Shown here in pieces: positions 28,225 to 35,723 of a stretch of 64,000 nt of DNA; the stretch's first letter is position 1; each line of letters opens with the position of its first letter. The notes under the pieces were generated by a model. The model was given only the letters and a program-made list of their open reading frames with translations. It did no database searches and had not been told where the DNA came from. Source of the stretch: an uncultured Oscillospiraceae bacterium (GTDB taxonomy: Bacteria; Bacillota; Clostridia; Oscillospirales; Oscillospiraceae); the NCBI GenBank assembly GCA_964495095.1, contig CAZBUH010000001.1, positions 2,491-66,490 on the forward strand, given 5' to 3'. Made by a program: the position numbers and the translations under genes.

Positions 28225-28377
28225 TTGAGCTTTATTATCTGTACCTGCGACTGCGTTTATCAAAAGGACGGCTGCTGTCAGCTTGAACGTGCCGTGTCGT
28301 CCTCCGGAAGCCGCGGCGCAAAATGCGTTTACTATGTAAAGGCGTCGAGAGCTAAAGCCAAAAAGCCTAAAAATTAG
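28225..28377 (+). CDS. small Cys-rich protein, 50 aa (not in ORF track)
   Basis: TTG start 7 nt after GGAGG. The translation is (M)SFIICTCDCVYQKDGCCQLERAVSSSGSRGAKCVYYVKASRAKAKKPKN, with six Cys and a basic tail. The C.C.Y.KDG.C pattern is reminiscent of DUF1540-type small proteins. Confidence 0.4.
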   Translation: MSFIICTCDCVYQKDGCCQLERAVSSSGSRGAKCVYYVKASRAKAKKPKN

Positions 28378-29735
28378 TTCAAAGCGTATTTCAGCGCATC
28401 GCTGATGGTTTTTGCCCGGAACACCTCAAGCTCCGGCGGTATGGACAGGCTTCCCCGGACATAGGCCGGGATTATACATCTTTTAAAACCCATCCGGGCG
28501 GTTTCGGAAAGGCGCTGATTCATTGAATTTACAGATCTCAGCTCCCCTGTAAGGCCCACCTCCCCTATCGCCGCAATATCGTCCCCTACCGGTCGGTCGC
28601 GGTAGCTTGAGGCAATGGCGATAATTGTGGGCAGATCCGCCCCGGGCTCGTTGAGATTTAGGCCGCCGATTACATTTATATACGCGTCGCATGAGCCAAC
28701 ACGCATACCGCCGCGTTTTTCCAAAACCGCCAGCAGCAGCATGGCACGGTTAAAATCCACGCCGTTTGTGGTACGCCGCGGCACATTGAAGCTCGTAGGC
28801 GTCACCAGCGCCTGCACTTCGGCCAGCACCGGCCGTGTGCCCTCGATTACACAGGCGACGCAGGTGCCCGGTGAATTCGCAGGGCGCTCAGACAGGAGCA
28901 TTTCAGAGGGGTTTGAAACGCCGGCAAGGCCCACATCGAGCATTTCAAAAACGCCTATTTCGTTTGTGGAGCCAAAACGGTTTTTAGCCGCCCGCAGGAC
29001 CCGGTAGCTCATGTTCTGCTCCCCTTCAAAATACAGGACGCAGTCCACCATATGCTCTAAAACCTTCGGCCCTGCGATGGCCCCTTCCTTGTTTACGTGG
29101 CCGACTACAAAAACCGTTATATTTTCCCCTTTTGCAAGCCGCATAAGGGCCATTGTGCAGTCCTTAACCTGCCCCACACTGCCGGGGGCGGAGCTTAATT
29201 CCTCGTTATACAGGGTTTGGATTGAGTCTATAATAAGGATATCCGGCTTTACGGTATCGGCAGAGCTGAGAATCTCCGCCAAATTTGTCTCAGCCAGTAT
29301 ATACAGGTCGCCGCCGCTGACCCCTAAACGCTGGGCCCTCATTTTTACCTGTCGCTGAGATTCCTCGCCTGTGACGTATAATATTCTGGCGGCTTTGCCC
29401 AGCTCCTGGCATATCTGCAGAAGCAGTGTCGATTTACCTATGCCCGGTGCGCCGCCAACCAGCACCAGAGAGCCCTTGACAGCGCCGCCGCCCAATACCC
29501 GATCGAGCTCAGACATACCGGTTGAAAAACGTATTTCCTCCGCAGCGTCCAGCTTATCAATGGGCGTGGCGGAATTATTCGCCCTTGGCGCCGACGCGGC
29601 TTTTGAAGCCGGTTTTACAGGCTGTACGGTCTGCTCCACCAAGGTGTTCCAGCTCCCGCAGCCAGGGCACTTTCCCATCCATTTCGGCGTTTCATATCCA
29701 CATTCGTTACAGTAAAATACGGTTTTAGCTTTCAT
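28374..29735 (-). CDS. radA: DNA repair protein RadA
   Basis: Zinc finger CNECGYETPKWMGKCPGCGSWN, Walker A GGAPGIGKST, a KNRFG block (AAKNRFGSTNE) and a Lon-like C-terminal domain. Confidence 0.95.
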   Translation of the reverse strand: MKAKTVFYCNECGYETPKWMGKCPGCGSWNTLVEQTVQPVKPASKAASAPRANNSATPIDKLDAAEEIRFSTGMSELDRVLGGGAVKGSLVLVGGAPGIGKSTLLLQICQELGKAARILYVTGEESQRQVKMRAQRLGVSGGDLYILAETNLAEILSSADTVKPDILIIDSIQTLYNEELSSAPGSVGQVKDCTMALMRLAKGENITVFVVGHVNKEGAIAGPKVLEHMVDCVLYFEGEQNMSYRVLRAAKNRFGSTNEIGVFEMLDVGLAGVSNPSEMLLSERPANSPGTCVACVIEGTRPVLAEVQALVTPTSFNVPRRTTNGVDFNRAMLLLAVLEKRGGMRVGSCDAYINVIGGLNLNEPGADLPTIIAIASSYRDRPVGDDIAAIGEVGLTGELRSVNSMNQRLSETARMGFKRCIIPAYVRGSLSIPPELEVFRAKTISDALKYALN

Positions 29736-30471
29736 CTGTGTCCCCCAAATAAATCTCCTTAAAAATATCCCTTGAGGAGAGGTATGACGCGCCTATTACG
29801 GCGGCAGTTTTAAGCTGATATTCCTTTGTCCTCAAAAGCGGCTCCTCAGTGGGATTTGATAAAAAGCCGCACTCAACAAGCACTCCCGGACAGCGGATAT
29901 TATTCATAATATAGATGCTGCCCTGTATTTGGGCGGCGGTCCTGTAGTTTTCGGGGTTCAAAGCGCTGATAAGGTTATCCTGAAGCGTTTCGGCAAACTC
30001 GCGGCTTCCGTCTGTGGGAGCGTAAAGGGCCTGCGCGCCGAATGGCGACGGGCCGGTATACTGATTTTGGTGTATGCTGATAAGTACGGAATTCGGCGTG
30101 GAATTGATAAGCTCCAGCCTGTTTTTCTGGTCGGCGGTCTTTTTGGCCTTGATGGTATCGGCGCTGTCAGGATAGTCGATGCTCTCGCTGTCTCTCGTCA
30201 TTACCGTGTTAATGCCAAAAAAGTTCATCATATCGCGCAGCTTCAGGGAAATAGCCAGATTGATTTCGCTCTCATAGGCGCCTGTGACCGACACTGCCCC
30301 GCCGTCCTCGCCTCCGTGGCCCGGGTCTATTATAAGCGTCAGGTCTTTGACGCCAGTAAAGGCCGGCTCTGAACGGAGCCAGTTAAAATATATCAAAGTC
30401 CCAAGGATTATGGCGGTAAAAACCATCCCGGCGCAAAACAGCGCCGCTTTTCTCTCCACACCCATATTCAT
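29725..30471 (-). CDS. cwlD: N-acetylmuramoyl-L-alanine amidase, CwlD-like (germination-specific type)
   Basis: N-terminal TM anchor and an Amidase_3 signature (IIDPGHGGEDGGAV, SIHQN, ECGFLSN). Its size is ~240 aa. Confidence 0.8.
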   Translation of the reverse strand: MNMGVERKAALFCAGMVFTAIILGTLIYFNWLRSEPAFTGVKDLTLIIDPGHGGEDGGAVSVTGAYESEINLAISLKLRDMMNFFGINTVMTRDSESIDYPDSADTIKAKKTADQKNRLELINSTPNSVLISIHQNQYTGPSPFGAQALYAPTDGSREFAETLQDNLISALNPENYRTAAQIQGSIYIMNNIRCPGVLVECGFLSNPTEEPLLRTKEYQLKTAAVIGASYLSSRDIFKEIYLGDTDES

Positions 30472-30506
30472 CCCTCCGGAATAAGAATATGAGCAGAGTT
30501 CGGGTT

Positions 30507-31055
30507 TTATCTCAGATTCTCATAGTTTTTGTCATTTACAAATACTATCTTATCAAAAAGCCGCGTCCCCTTATAGCCCAGCCTGTAGGCTATGGAAGCG
30601 GTGACCGGCGCGAAAACCAGCGGGATAAAATACGCCGCTTTTGTTCCCTCGGCAAGGAGATTTACCACATAGCAGAAAAACAGGTATATCCATCTGTATG
30701 CCTGTCCAAAGAAATCCCCTTTAGTATAAAATATAAGCACTGCCGCCAGAATAAGCCCGGGTATCTGGGAGATTATCGAGGCCTTGAGGCCCTTGAGCTT
30801 ATCCTCTTTTATGTGGCCGTACTTCACAAGGTTATAATCACGCTGTCCCGTGCGCCATGCGTCCACGTAGATACACGCAATATAGACGGCGGTAGAGAGT
30901 ATGGTCGCAATTATGACTGACGGCGTATCGCCCATGAGCTGTGCAGTAAGCACAAGTACAAAAAGGTATATGACCATCGCTATGATGTGTACCGTCCATA
31001 TTTTCAGCGTAAAAAGGCCGATGCTGCTTTTAGGCTGTTTGCCGGAAGAACTCAT
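30507..31055 (-). CDS. hypothetical membrane protein
   Basis: 182 aa with ~5 hydrophobic segments. No family was recognised. Confidence 0.6.
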   Translation of the reverse strand: MSSSGKQPKSSIGLFTLKIWTVHIIAMVIYLFVLVLTAQLMGDTPSVIIATILSTAVYIACIYVDAWRTGQRDYNLVKYGHIKEDKLKGLKASIISQIPGLILAAVLIFYTKGDFFGQAYRWIYLFFCYVVNLLAEGTKAAYFIPLVFAPVTASIAYRLGYKGTRLFDKIVFVNDKNYENLR

Positions 31056-31227
31056 AATAAAAACTCCTTTACCTGCCGCTGTGCTTGTACTTTAAATTGT
31101 ATCATAAACTGCAATAATTAACAAGCGCAAAACCGTGCACGGGGCCAGATTTGTATCTTTTTGCGATAGACTGGAAACGCCGCTGCTGATATAATGGCGT
31201 TGACCAAAAAAATCAGATGATTGGAGA

Positions 31228-32208
31228 GTGGCTGCTTTGGCAAAAAGAATCGGCGTACTTACAAGCGGCGGTGACGCACCGGGTATGAATTCCGCGATAG
31301 CCGCCGTGGTCGATACCGCCAATTCCATGGGCATAGAATGTGTAGGTATCAGGCGCGGCTACAGCGGGCTTATCAATAACGATATATTCCCCCTCGATTT
31401 GGAATTTGTAAGCGCTATCGGCTCCCGCGGCGGCACGGCCCTGTATACGGCAAGAAGCGAGGAGTTTAAAACGCCCGAGGGGCTTAAACGGGCGGCTGAC
31501 AACTGCAAATTCATGGGCATAGACAGTCTTGTAGCGATTGGCGGTGACGGCACCTTCCGCGGCGCGCTGGCCCTTTCAAAACACGGCGTTTCAGTTGTAG
31601 CCATTCCCGGTACGATAGATAATGACATCCCCTGTACAGAGTACACCATCGGTTTCGACACCGCCTGCAACACGGCCATCGAGATGGTGGATAAGCTCCG
31701 GGACACTATGAAATCCCATGAGCGCTGCTCTGTTGTGGAGGTAATGGGACACAGATCAGGAAATCTTGCCCTGAATGTTGGCATTGCCTGCTCCGCGGCG
31801 GCTGTGCTTATTCCGGAGCATAATATTGATTTTAAAAATGACGTAATTGAGAAAATACGTAGCGCAAGGCTCCGCGGCGGCACACATTTTACGGTTATAG
31901 TGGCCGAGGGCGCGGCATCCGGCAATGAGATTGGGCAGAAGATACTGGAGGAGACCGGGATAGATACCCGCGTCACTGTACTGGGCCATGTTCAGCGCGG
32001 CGGCTCCCCTAACGCCCACGACAGGATATCGGCGGCTCTTATGGGGTATCACGCGGTAAAGGTTTTGGCCTCAGGCGGGACCAACCGTGTAATCTGCCTG
32101 CGTGACGGAAAATACGTGGACATGGATATTACCGAGGCTCTGGATATCCCCTATCGGGTATGCGAAGAGCATCTTCTGGCTCTGGAGGCTATTGGCTCCG
32201 GAGTATAA
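31228..32208 (+). CDS. pfkA: ATP-dependent 6-phosphofructokinase
   Basis: Contains IGVLTSGGDAPGMN, IGGDGTFRG and PGTIDNDI (Gly/Gly = ATP type). The true start is probably TTG 31237 (LAKRIGVL..), 8 nt after GGAGAG, rather than GTG 31228. Confidence 0.92.
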   Translation: MAALAKRIGVLTSGGDAPGMNSAIAAVVDTANSMGIECVGIRRGYSGLINNDIFPLDLEFVSAIGSRGGTALYTARSEEFKTPEGLKRAADNCKFMGIDSLVAIGGDGTFRGALALSKHGVSVVAIPGTIDNDIPCTEYTIGFDTACNTAIEMVDKLRDTMKSHERCSVVEVMGHRSGNLALNVGIACSAAAVLIPEHNIDFKNDVIEKIRSARLRGGTHFTVIVAEGAASGNEIGQKILEETGIDTRVTVLGHVQRGGSPNAHDRISAALMGYHAVKVLASGGTNRVICLRDGKYVDMDITEALDIPYRVCEEHLLALEAIGSGV

Positions 32209-32230
32209 TCCGGCATAACATCAATCCTTC

Positions 32231-32271
32231 TCCCCCCCGTCCGGTGTTTTATTCAGGATGGGGGGATTTTT
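32231..32271 (+). terminator. possible terminator after pfkA
   Basis: Stem TCCCCCC / GGGGGGA with a long (~22 nt) loop, followed by TTTTT. Confidence 0.45.
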
Positions 32272-32453
32272 GCAGATGTCAGCTTCCATTAGAGAACACA
32301 ACAGATAATCCCTATATAAATAACTGAATATCCTTCTTTTTAGAACGGACTGAAAGAATGAATAACCTACGGGCCTTGTGCGATGGAGATTGTGAACAAA
32401 AAATCATTTTCACACAACAGACAGGCTGCAGGGAGAAATCCCTGCCGTATCAC

Positions 32454-32472
32454 TTCCGAAAAGTTTCCGAAA
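32454..32472 (+). repeat. direct repeat 2 x TTCCGAAA with 11-bp period; candidate operator
   Basis: Exact 8-mers at 32454-32461 and 32465-32472. A degenerate third copy TTGAAAAG at 32486-32493 overlaps the -35 hexamer. Confidence 0.9.
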
Positions 32473-32485
32473 TACACAGGGTGTA

Positions 32486-32514
32486 TTGAAAAGTCAAAAA
32501 CAAAAATCTATAAT
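32486..32514 (+). promoter_or_regulatory. sigma-A type promoter for the riboswitch-ribU operon
   Basis: TTGAAA, a 17-nt spacer, then TATAAT. It lies ~20 nt upstream of the riboswitch. Confidence 0.65.
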
Positions 32515-32532
32515 TTATCTGACAACTGAATA

Positions 32533-32672
32533 AGGGTATCTTCAGGGCAGGGTGAAATTCCCGATTGGCGGTATAGTCCGCGAGCGTGAAAACGCAGGAT
32601 TTGGCATTGTTCGGATCAGGATTTGGTGAAATTCCAAAACCAACAGTATAGTCTGGATAGAAGAAGATAAAT
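32533..32672 (+). promoter_or_regulatory. FMN riboswitch (RFN element) aptamer
   Basis: Conserved core blocks are present: CTTCAGGGCAGGGTGAAATTCCCGATTGGCGGTATAGTCCGCGAGC, then GATTTGGTGAAATTCCAAAACCAACAGTATAGTCTGGATAGAAGAAGA. Confidence 0.93.
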
Positions 32673-32725
32673 CTCGTGTGTAAGCTGCTATTTTGCTAAT
32701 ATACGATGTTCCTTTGACTTTTTTC

Positions 32726-32766
32726 GCACCTGAAAGATATTTTTCAGGTGCAAATTTTATTTTACG
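32726..32766 (+). terminator. riboswitch expression-platform terminator
   Basis: Hairpin GCACCTGAAAGATA / TTTTTCAGGTGC followed by AAATTTTATTTT. Its left arm CCTGAAAGATA (32729-32739) can alternatively pair with the P1 5' strand TATCTTCAGG (32537-32546). That is a plausible antiterminator, so this would be an FMN OFF switch. Confidence 0.75.
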
Positions 32767-32779
32767 GAGGCATTTAACT

Positions 32780-33430
32780 ATGGAAAGCAAAACAAAGAAA
32801 ATGGCCACGATAGCAACGCTTGCAGCAATGGCGTTCGTAATGGTGACTTTCGTTCGTATTCCAGTTGTACTATTTTTGGAATATGAGCCTAAAGACATTA
32901 TCATTACATTAGGCGGCTTTATATGGGGACCGCTGGCTTCTTTTATTGTTTCGGTAATTGTTTCATTGATTGAATTGGTGACAATCAGCGAAGACGGAAT
33001 TTTGGGATTTATTATGAATATCATATCGACCTGCGCGTTTGCCTGCACGGCAGCTTTTATTTACAAGAAGAAACGGACATTGTCTGGTGCTGTTATCGGT
33101 TTATGTGCGGGCACATTGTTGATGGTGGTAGTAATGCTGTTGTGGAACTATTTAATTACACCGATTTACATGGGATTTCCTCGTGAAGCTGTTGCCGAAC
33201 TACTTATTCCCGCTTTTCTTCCATTCAATTTGATTAAAGGCGGATTAAACGCAGCATTTACATTTATGCTTTATAAGCCGGTAACAACAGCATTACGAAA
33301 AACAGGATATATATCAGCTTCCCATAATGAACAAGCGCCAAAGAAAAAGCCGATTGGATTGTGGATACTTTTTGGAATAATCATTGTTACTTGTATTTTG
33401 CTTACATTATCATTAAATGGGATTATATGA
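32780..33430 (+). CDS. ribU: ECF-transporter S component, riboflavin-specific (RibU/FmnP-like)
   Basis: 216 aa with ~6 TM. ATG 32780 follows a GGAGG RBS. The upstream ORF extension from 32693 runs through the terminator. Substrate is inferred from the FMN riboswitch directly upstream. Confidence 0.8.
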   Translation: MESKTKKMATIATLAAMAFVMVTFVRIPVVLFLEYEPKDIIITLGGFIWGPLASFIVSVIVSLIELVTISEDGILGFIMNIISTCAFACTAAFIYKKKRTLSGAVIGLCAGTLLMVVVMLLWNYLITPIYMGFPREAVAELLIPAFLPFNLIKGGLNAAFTFMLYKPVTTALRKTGYISASHNEQAPKKKPIGLWILFGIIIVTCILLTLSLNGII

Positions 33431-33439
33431 GGAAATATT

Positions 33440-34135
33440 ATGCAACGAATTTCAGATAATTCCCCATTATGTAAGTTTTCAGGTGAAGTAATACATGGGC
33501 GTGGCATAGGAAAGTTAGTCGGGATGCCAACGGCTAATCTGCAAATATCATCTGATGTGAAATTGCCGCCCAATGGGGTTTATATTACAAAAATTATATA
33601 TAATAGCTACATATATTACGGGATAACCAATATAGGGACTCGTCCTACGATTGATACAGACAGCGAAATATCTGTTGAAACGCATATTCTTAACTTCAAT
33701 CAAGGGATATATGGAGAGAGATTGGAAATTGAACTCTTTGAGATGCTTCGCAGTATCAGAAAATTTGAGGATTTTTCTTCTCTTTTAGAGCAGATACGAA
33801 AGGATTGCATTGCAACACAAGATTTTTTCGGCTTAGAAAGAACCTACTCACGGTTGCAGATGGATATTGAAAAACATCAAGCAAGAGTTGATAACCGAGA
33901 GGTCTGTCTATCAAACAAAGAATTTGATGTCTTGTATATGCTATATTCCAATCCCGATATTAGCTATACGAAAGAGCAAATTTATGAAGCTATCTGGCAT
34001 GAGCCATCTATAGGCAATTGCCATGCCGTAGAAAATACTGTTTTTCAAATTAGAAAAAAGTGCAAAGCACTTGCAGAAAATGTTGAATTCATCAAAACTG
34101 TTGTTGGATACGGATATAAGTTTTGCAGCAATTAA
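33440..34135 (+). CDS. riboflavin-kinase domain fused to an OmpR/PhoB-type winged-helix DNA-binding domain (putative flavin-responsive transcription regulator)
   Basis: Single 231-aa ORF. The N-terminal part is GEVIHGRGIGKLVGMPTANL..NGVY..NIGTRPT..ETHILNF..IYGERLEIELFEMLR..KFEDFSSLLEQIRKD. The C-terminal part is LSNKEFDVLYMLYSNP..YTKEQIYEAIW..AVENTVFQIRKK..IKTVVGYGYKF. A GAGGA RBS is present, 9 nt after the ribU stop. Confidence 0.8.
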   Translation: MQRISDNSPLCKFSGEVIHGRGIGKLVGMPTANLQISSDVKLPPNGVYITKIIYNSYIYYGITNIGTRPTIDTDSEISVETHILNFNQGIYGERLEIELFEMLRSIRKFEDFSSLLEQIRKDCIATQDFFGLERTYSRLQMDIEKHQARVDNREVCLSNKEFDVLYMLYSNPDISYTKEQIYEAIWHEPSIGNCHAVENTVFQIRKKCKALAENVEFIKTVVGYGYKFCSN

Positions 34136-34225
34136 AATGCAGACAACAATGACAACCGTTGAGGAAATCCGTACTTATGACCGAGTAGAGTTTAATTCCA
34201 AAATGGGATTTCACAGATACAAAGT

Positions 34226-34264
34226 TACCGGGGCAAAGCTGCAGCCCGCAGTTCTGCCCCGGTA
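34226..34264. terminator. bidirectional terminator between the flavin operon and the symporter gene
   Basis: 10-bp outer stem TACCGGGGCA / TGCCCCGGTA with additional inner pairing. Confidence 0.6.
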
Positions 34265-34269
34265 TTCCA

Positions 34270-35628
34270 TTAAGCTTTTTTCAGTATTTTTTCTTTTTGG
34301 GAAAAGTATTCCCGCAGCATTTTGCAGACAACGCCCGACAGGCCTGTCACTCCTATGAGATTTGGAACGCACATAAGCCCGTTTAAGGCGTCGGAAATAT
34401 CCCACAGCATTTCTGAAGTGCCGATACAGCCTAAAAACACCGCCAGTATTACGATGCAGTTATATACCGGCACCAGCCTTTCGCCGCCCAGATACCGGCA
34501 GCAGGTCCTGCCGTAGTGGGACCACCCAATTATAGTGGTAAAGGCGAACAGGGCTATGGCAGCGGCGATGCCGATTCCGGCAAAATCTCCAAAGCCGTTT
34601 ACAAACGCCCTTATTGTTATGGCCGCGCCGTTCATGCCGCAGTCGGTTATCTGGATGCCGGACGTCAAAATTACAAGCGCCGTCATGGTACAGATAACTA
34701 TAGTGTCCACGAACACCTCAAAGCAGCCCCACATGGCCTGATCTATGCCGCTTTTCACCTCCGCCGAGGAGTGAGCCATAGCCGAGGAGCCGATTCCGGC
34801 CTCATTCGAGGATATGCCGCGGCTTATTCCAAACCGCACGGCCCTGGATGCGGCGACGCCCAGTATACCGCCCCGGACAGCGCTGCCCGCAAAGGCGTCC
34901 CGGAATATTGCCAATATTGCTTCCGGCAGCTTTGTGAAATTAAGCCCTATAAGAACCAGGCTGCCCAATATATACAGTATCGCGGCGGCGGGCACTATCT
35001 TTTCCGCAGCTGCGCTTATTCTTTTTGCTCCGCCGAATATCACCGCGGCGGAGACCGCCGACAGAACTATGCCCGTGACGCAGGGCTTTACTCCAAACAT
35101 GGTCTCCATGGCGGAGGAGACGGAATTTGACTGTACGCCGGCCCCGACTCCCAGAGAGGCGCCCAGGCACAGCACTGCGTAAATTACGGCCAGCCATCTG
35201 CAATGCAGCCCCTTTTCAATGTAGACCATCGGCCCGCCTATCCACTGGCCGTCTTTTCCCATATATCTGTATCCGACAGCAAGGGCTATCTCAAAAAACT
35301 TGGTCATCATGCCGAAAAGCGCCGACACCCACATCCAGAATACAGCCCCCGGCCCGCCGGAATATATAGCGACGGCAACGCCCACGATATTTCCCGTGCC
35401 GATTGTGGCCGCCAAGGCCGTACACAGCGCCTGAAACGGGGTTATGGCGTTCTTTTTGTTTTTATTTCCGCTCTTTATCGCCCCTATGGTGCCTTTCATC
35501 CACAGGGGGAATTTCTTAAATTGAAAAAATCCGGAACGGGCGGTAAAAAACACGCTCAGAATAAGCAGAATGGCGCACATAACAGGGCTCCACACAAAAT
35601 TCCCAAGGGCCGACACAAAATTTCCCAT
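34270..35628 (-). CDS. alanine/glycine:cation (sodium) symporter, AGCS family
   Basis: Polytopic, with a typical AGCS N-terminus (MGNFVSALGNFVWSPVMCAILL..) and GTGNIVGVA. ATG 35628 has a GGAGGGA RBS. The 98-codon extension in the track crosses a terminator and the neighbouring gene. Confidence 0.88.
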   Translation of the reverse strand: MGNFVSALGNFVWSPVMCAILLILSVFFTARSGFFQFKKFPLWMKGTIGAIKSGNKNKKNAITPFQALCTALAATIGTGNIVGVAVAIYSGGPGAVFWMWVSALFGMMTKFFEIALAVGYRYMGKDGQWIGGPMVYIEKGLHCRWLAVIYAVLCLGASLGVGAGVQSNSVSSAMETMFGVKPCVTGIVLSAVSAAVIFGGAKRISAAAEKIVPAAAILYILGSLVLIGLNFTKLPEAILAIFRDAFAGSAVRGGILGVAASRAVRFGISRGISSNEAGIGSSAMAHSSAEVKSGIDQAMWGCFEVFVDTIVICTMTALVILTSGIQITDCGMNGAAITIRAFVNGFGDFAGIGIAAAIALFAFTTIIGWSHYGRTCCRYLGGERLVPVYNCIVILAVFLGCIGTSEMLWDISDALNGLMCVPNLIGVTGLSGVVCKMLREYFSQKEKILKKA

Positions 35629-35668
35629 AGCGCTTCCCTCCTTCTTGTCCAAAATATGAACTGAGAAG

Positions 35669-35707
35669 CAGAAAAATACCGCCCGTCCGGTTTTTCCGGG
35701 CGGGCGG
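35669..35707 (-). terminator. rho-independent terminator after the TIGR03936-type gene
   Basis: 12-bp stem CCGCCCGTCCGG / CCGGGCGGGCGG, followed by TATTTTTCTG on the minus strand. Confidence 0.8.
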
Positions 35708-35723
35708 CTTCGTCGCAGGGATA

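Noticed and set aside
32391-32414. Inverted repeat TGTGAA-N12-TTCACA upstream of the riboswitch promoter (CRP/FNR-like half-sites)
   Set aside because: The TGTGA and TCACA cores are 14 nt apart rather than the canonical 6. It is a single occurrence and could also be a weak hairpin.
32358-32489. 43-codon ORF (MNNLRALCDGDCEQK..) in the islet leader region
   Set aside because: It has no convincing RBS. It overlaps the direct repeats and the -35 element, which explain the region better.
34071-34358. 95-aa + strand ORF following the regulator gene
   Set aside because: It starts inside the regulator gene in another frame, crosses the bidirectional terminator and runs antisense into the symporter gene.
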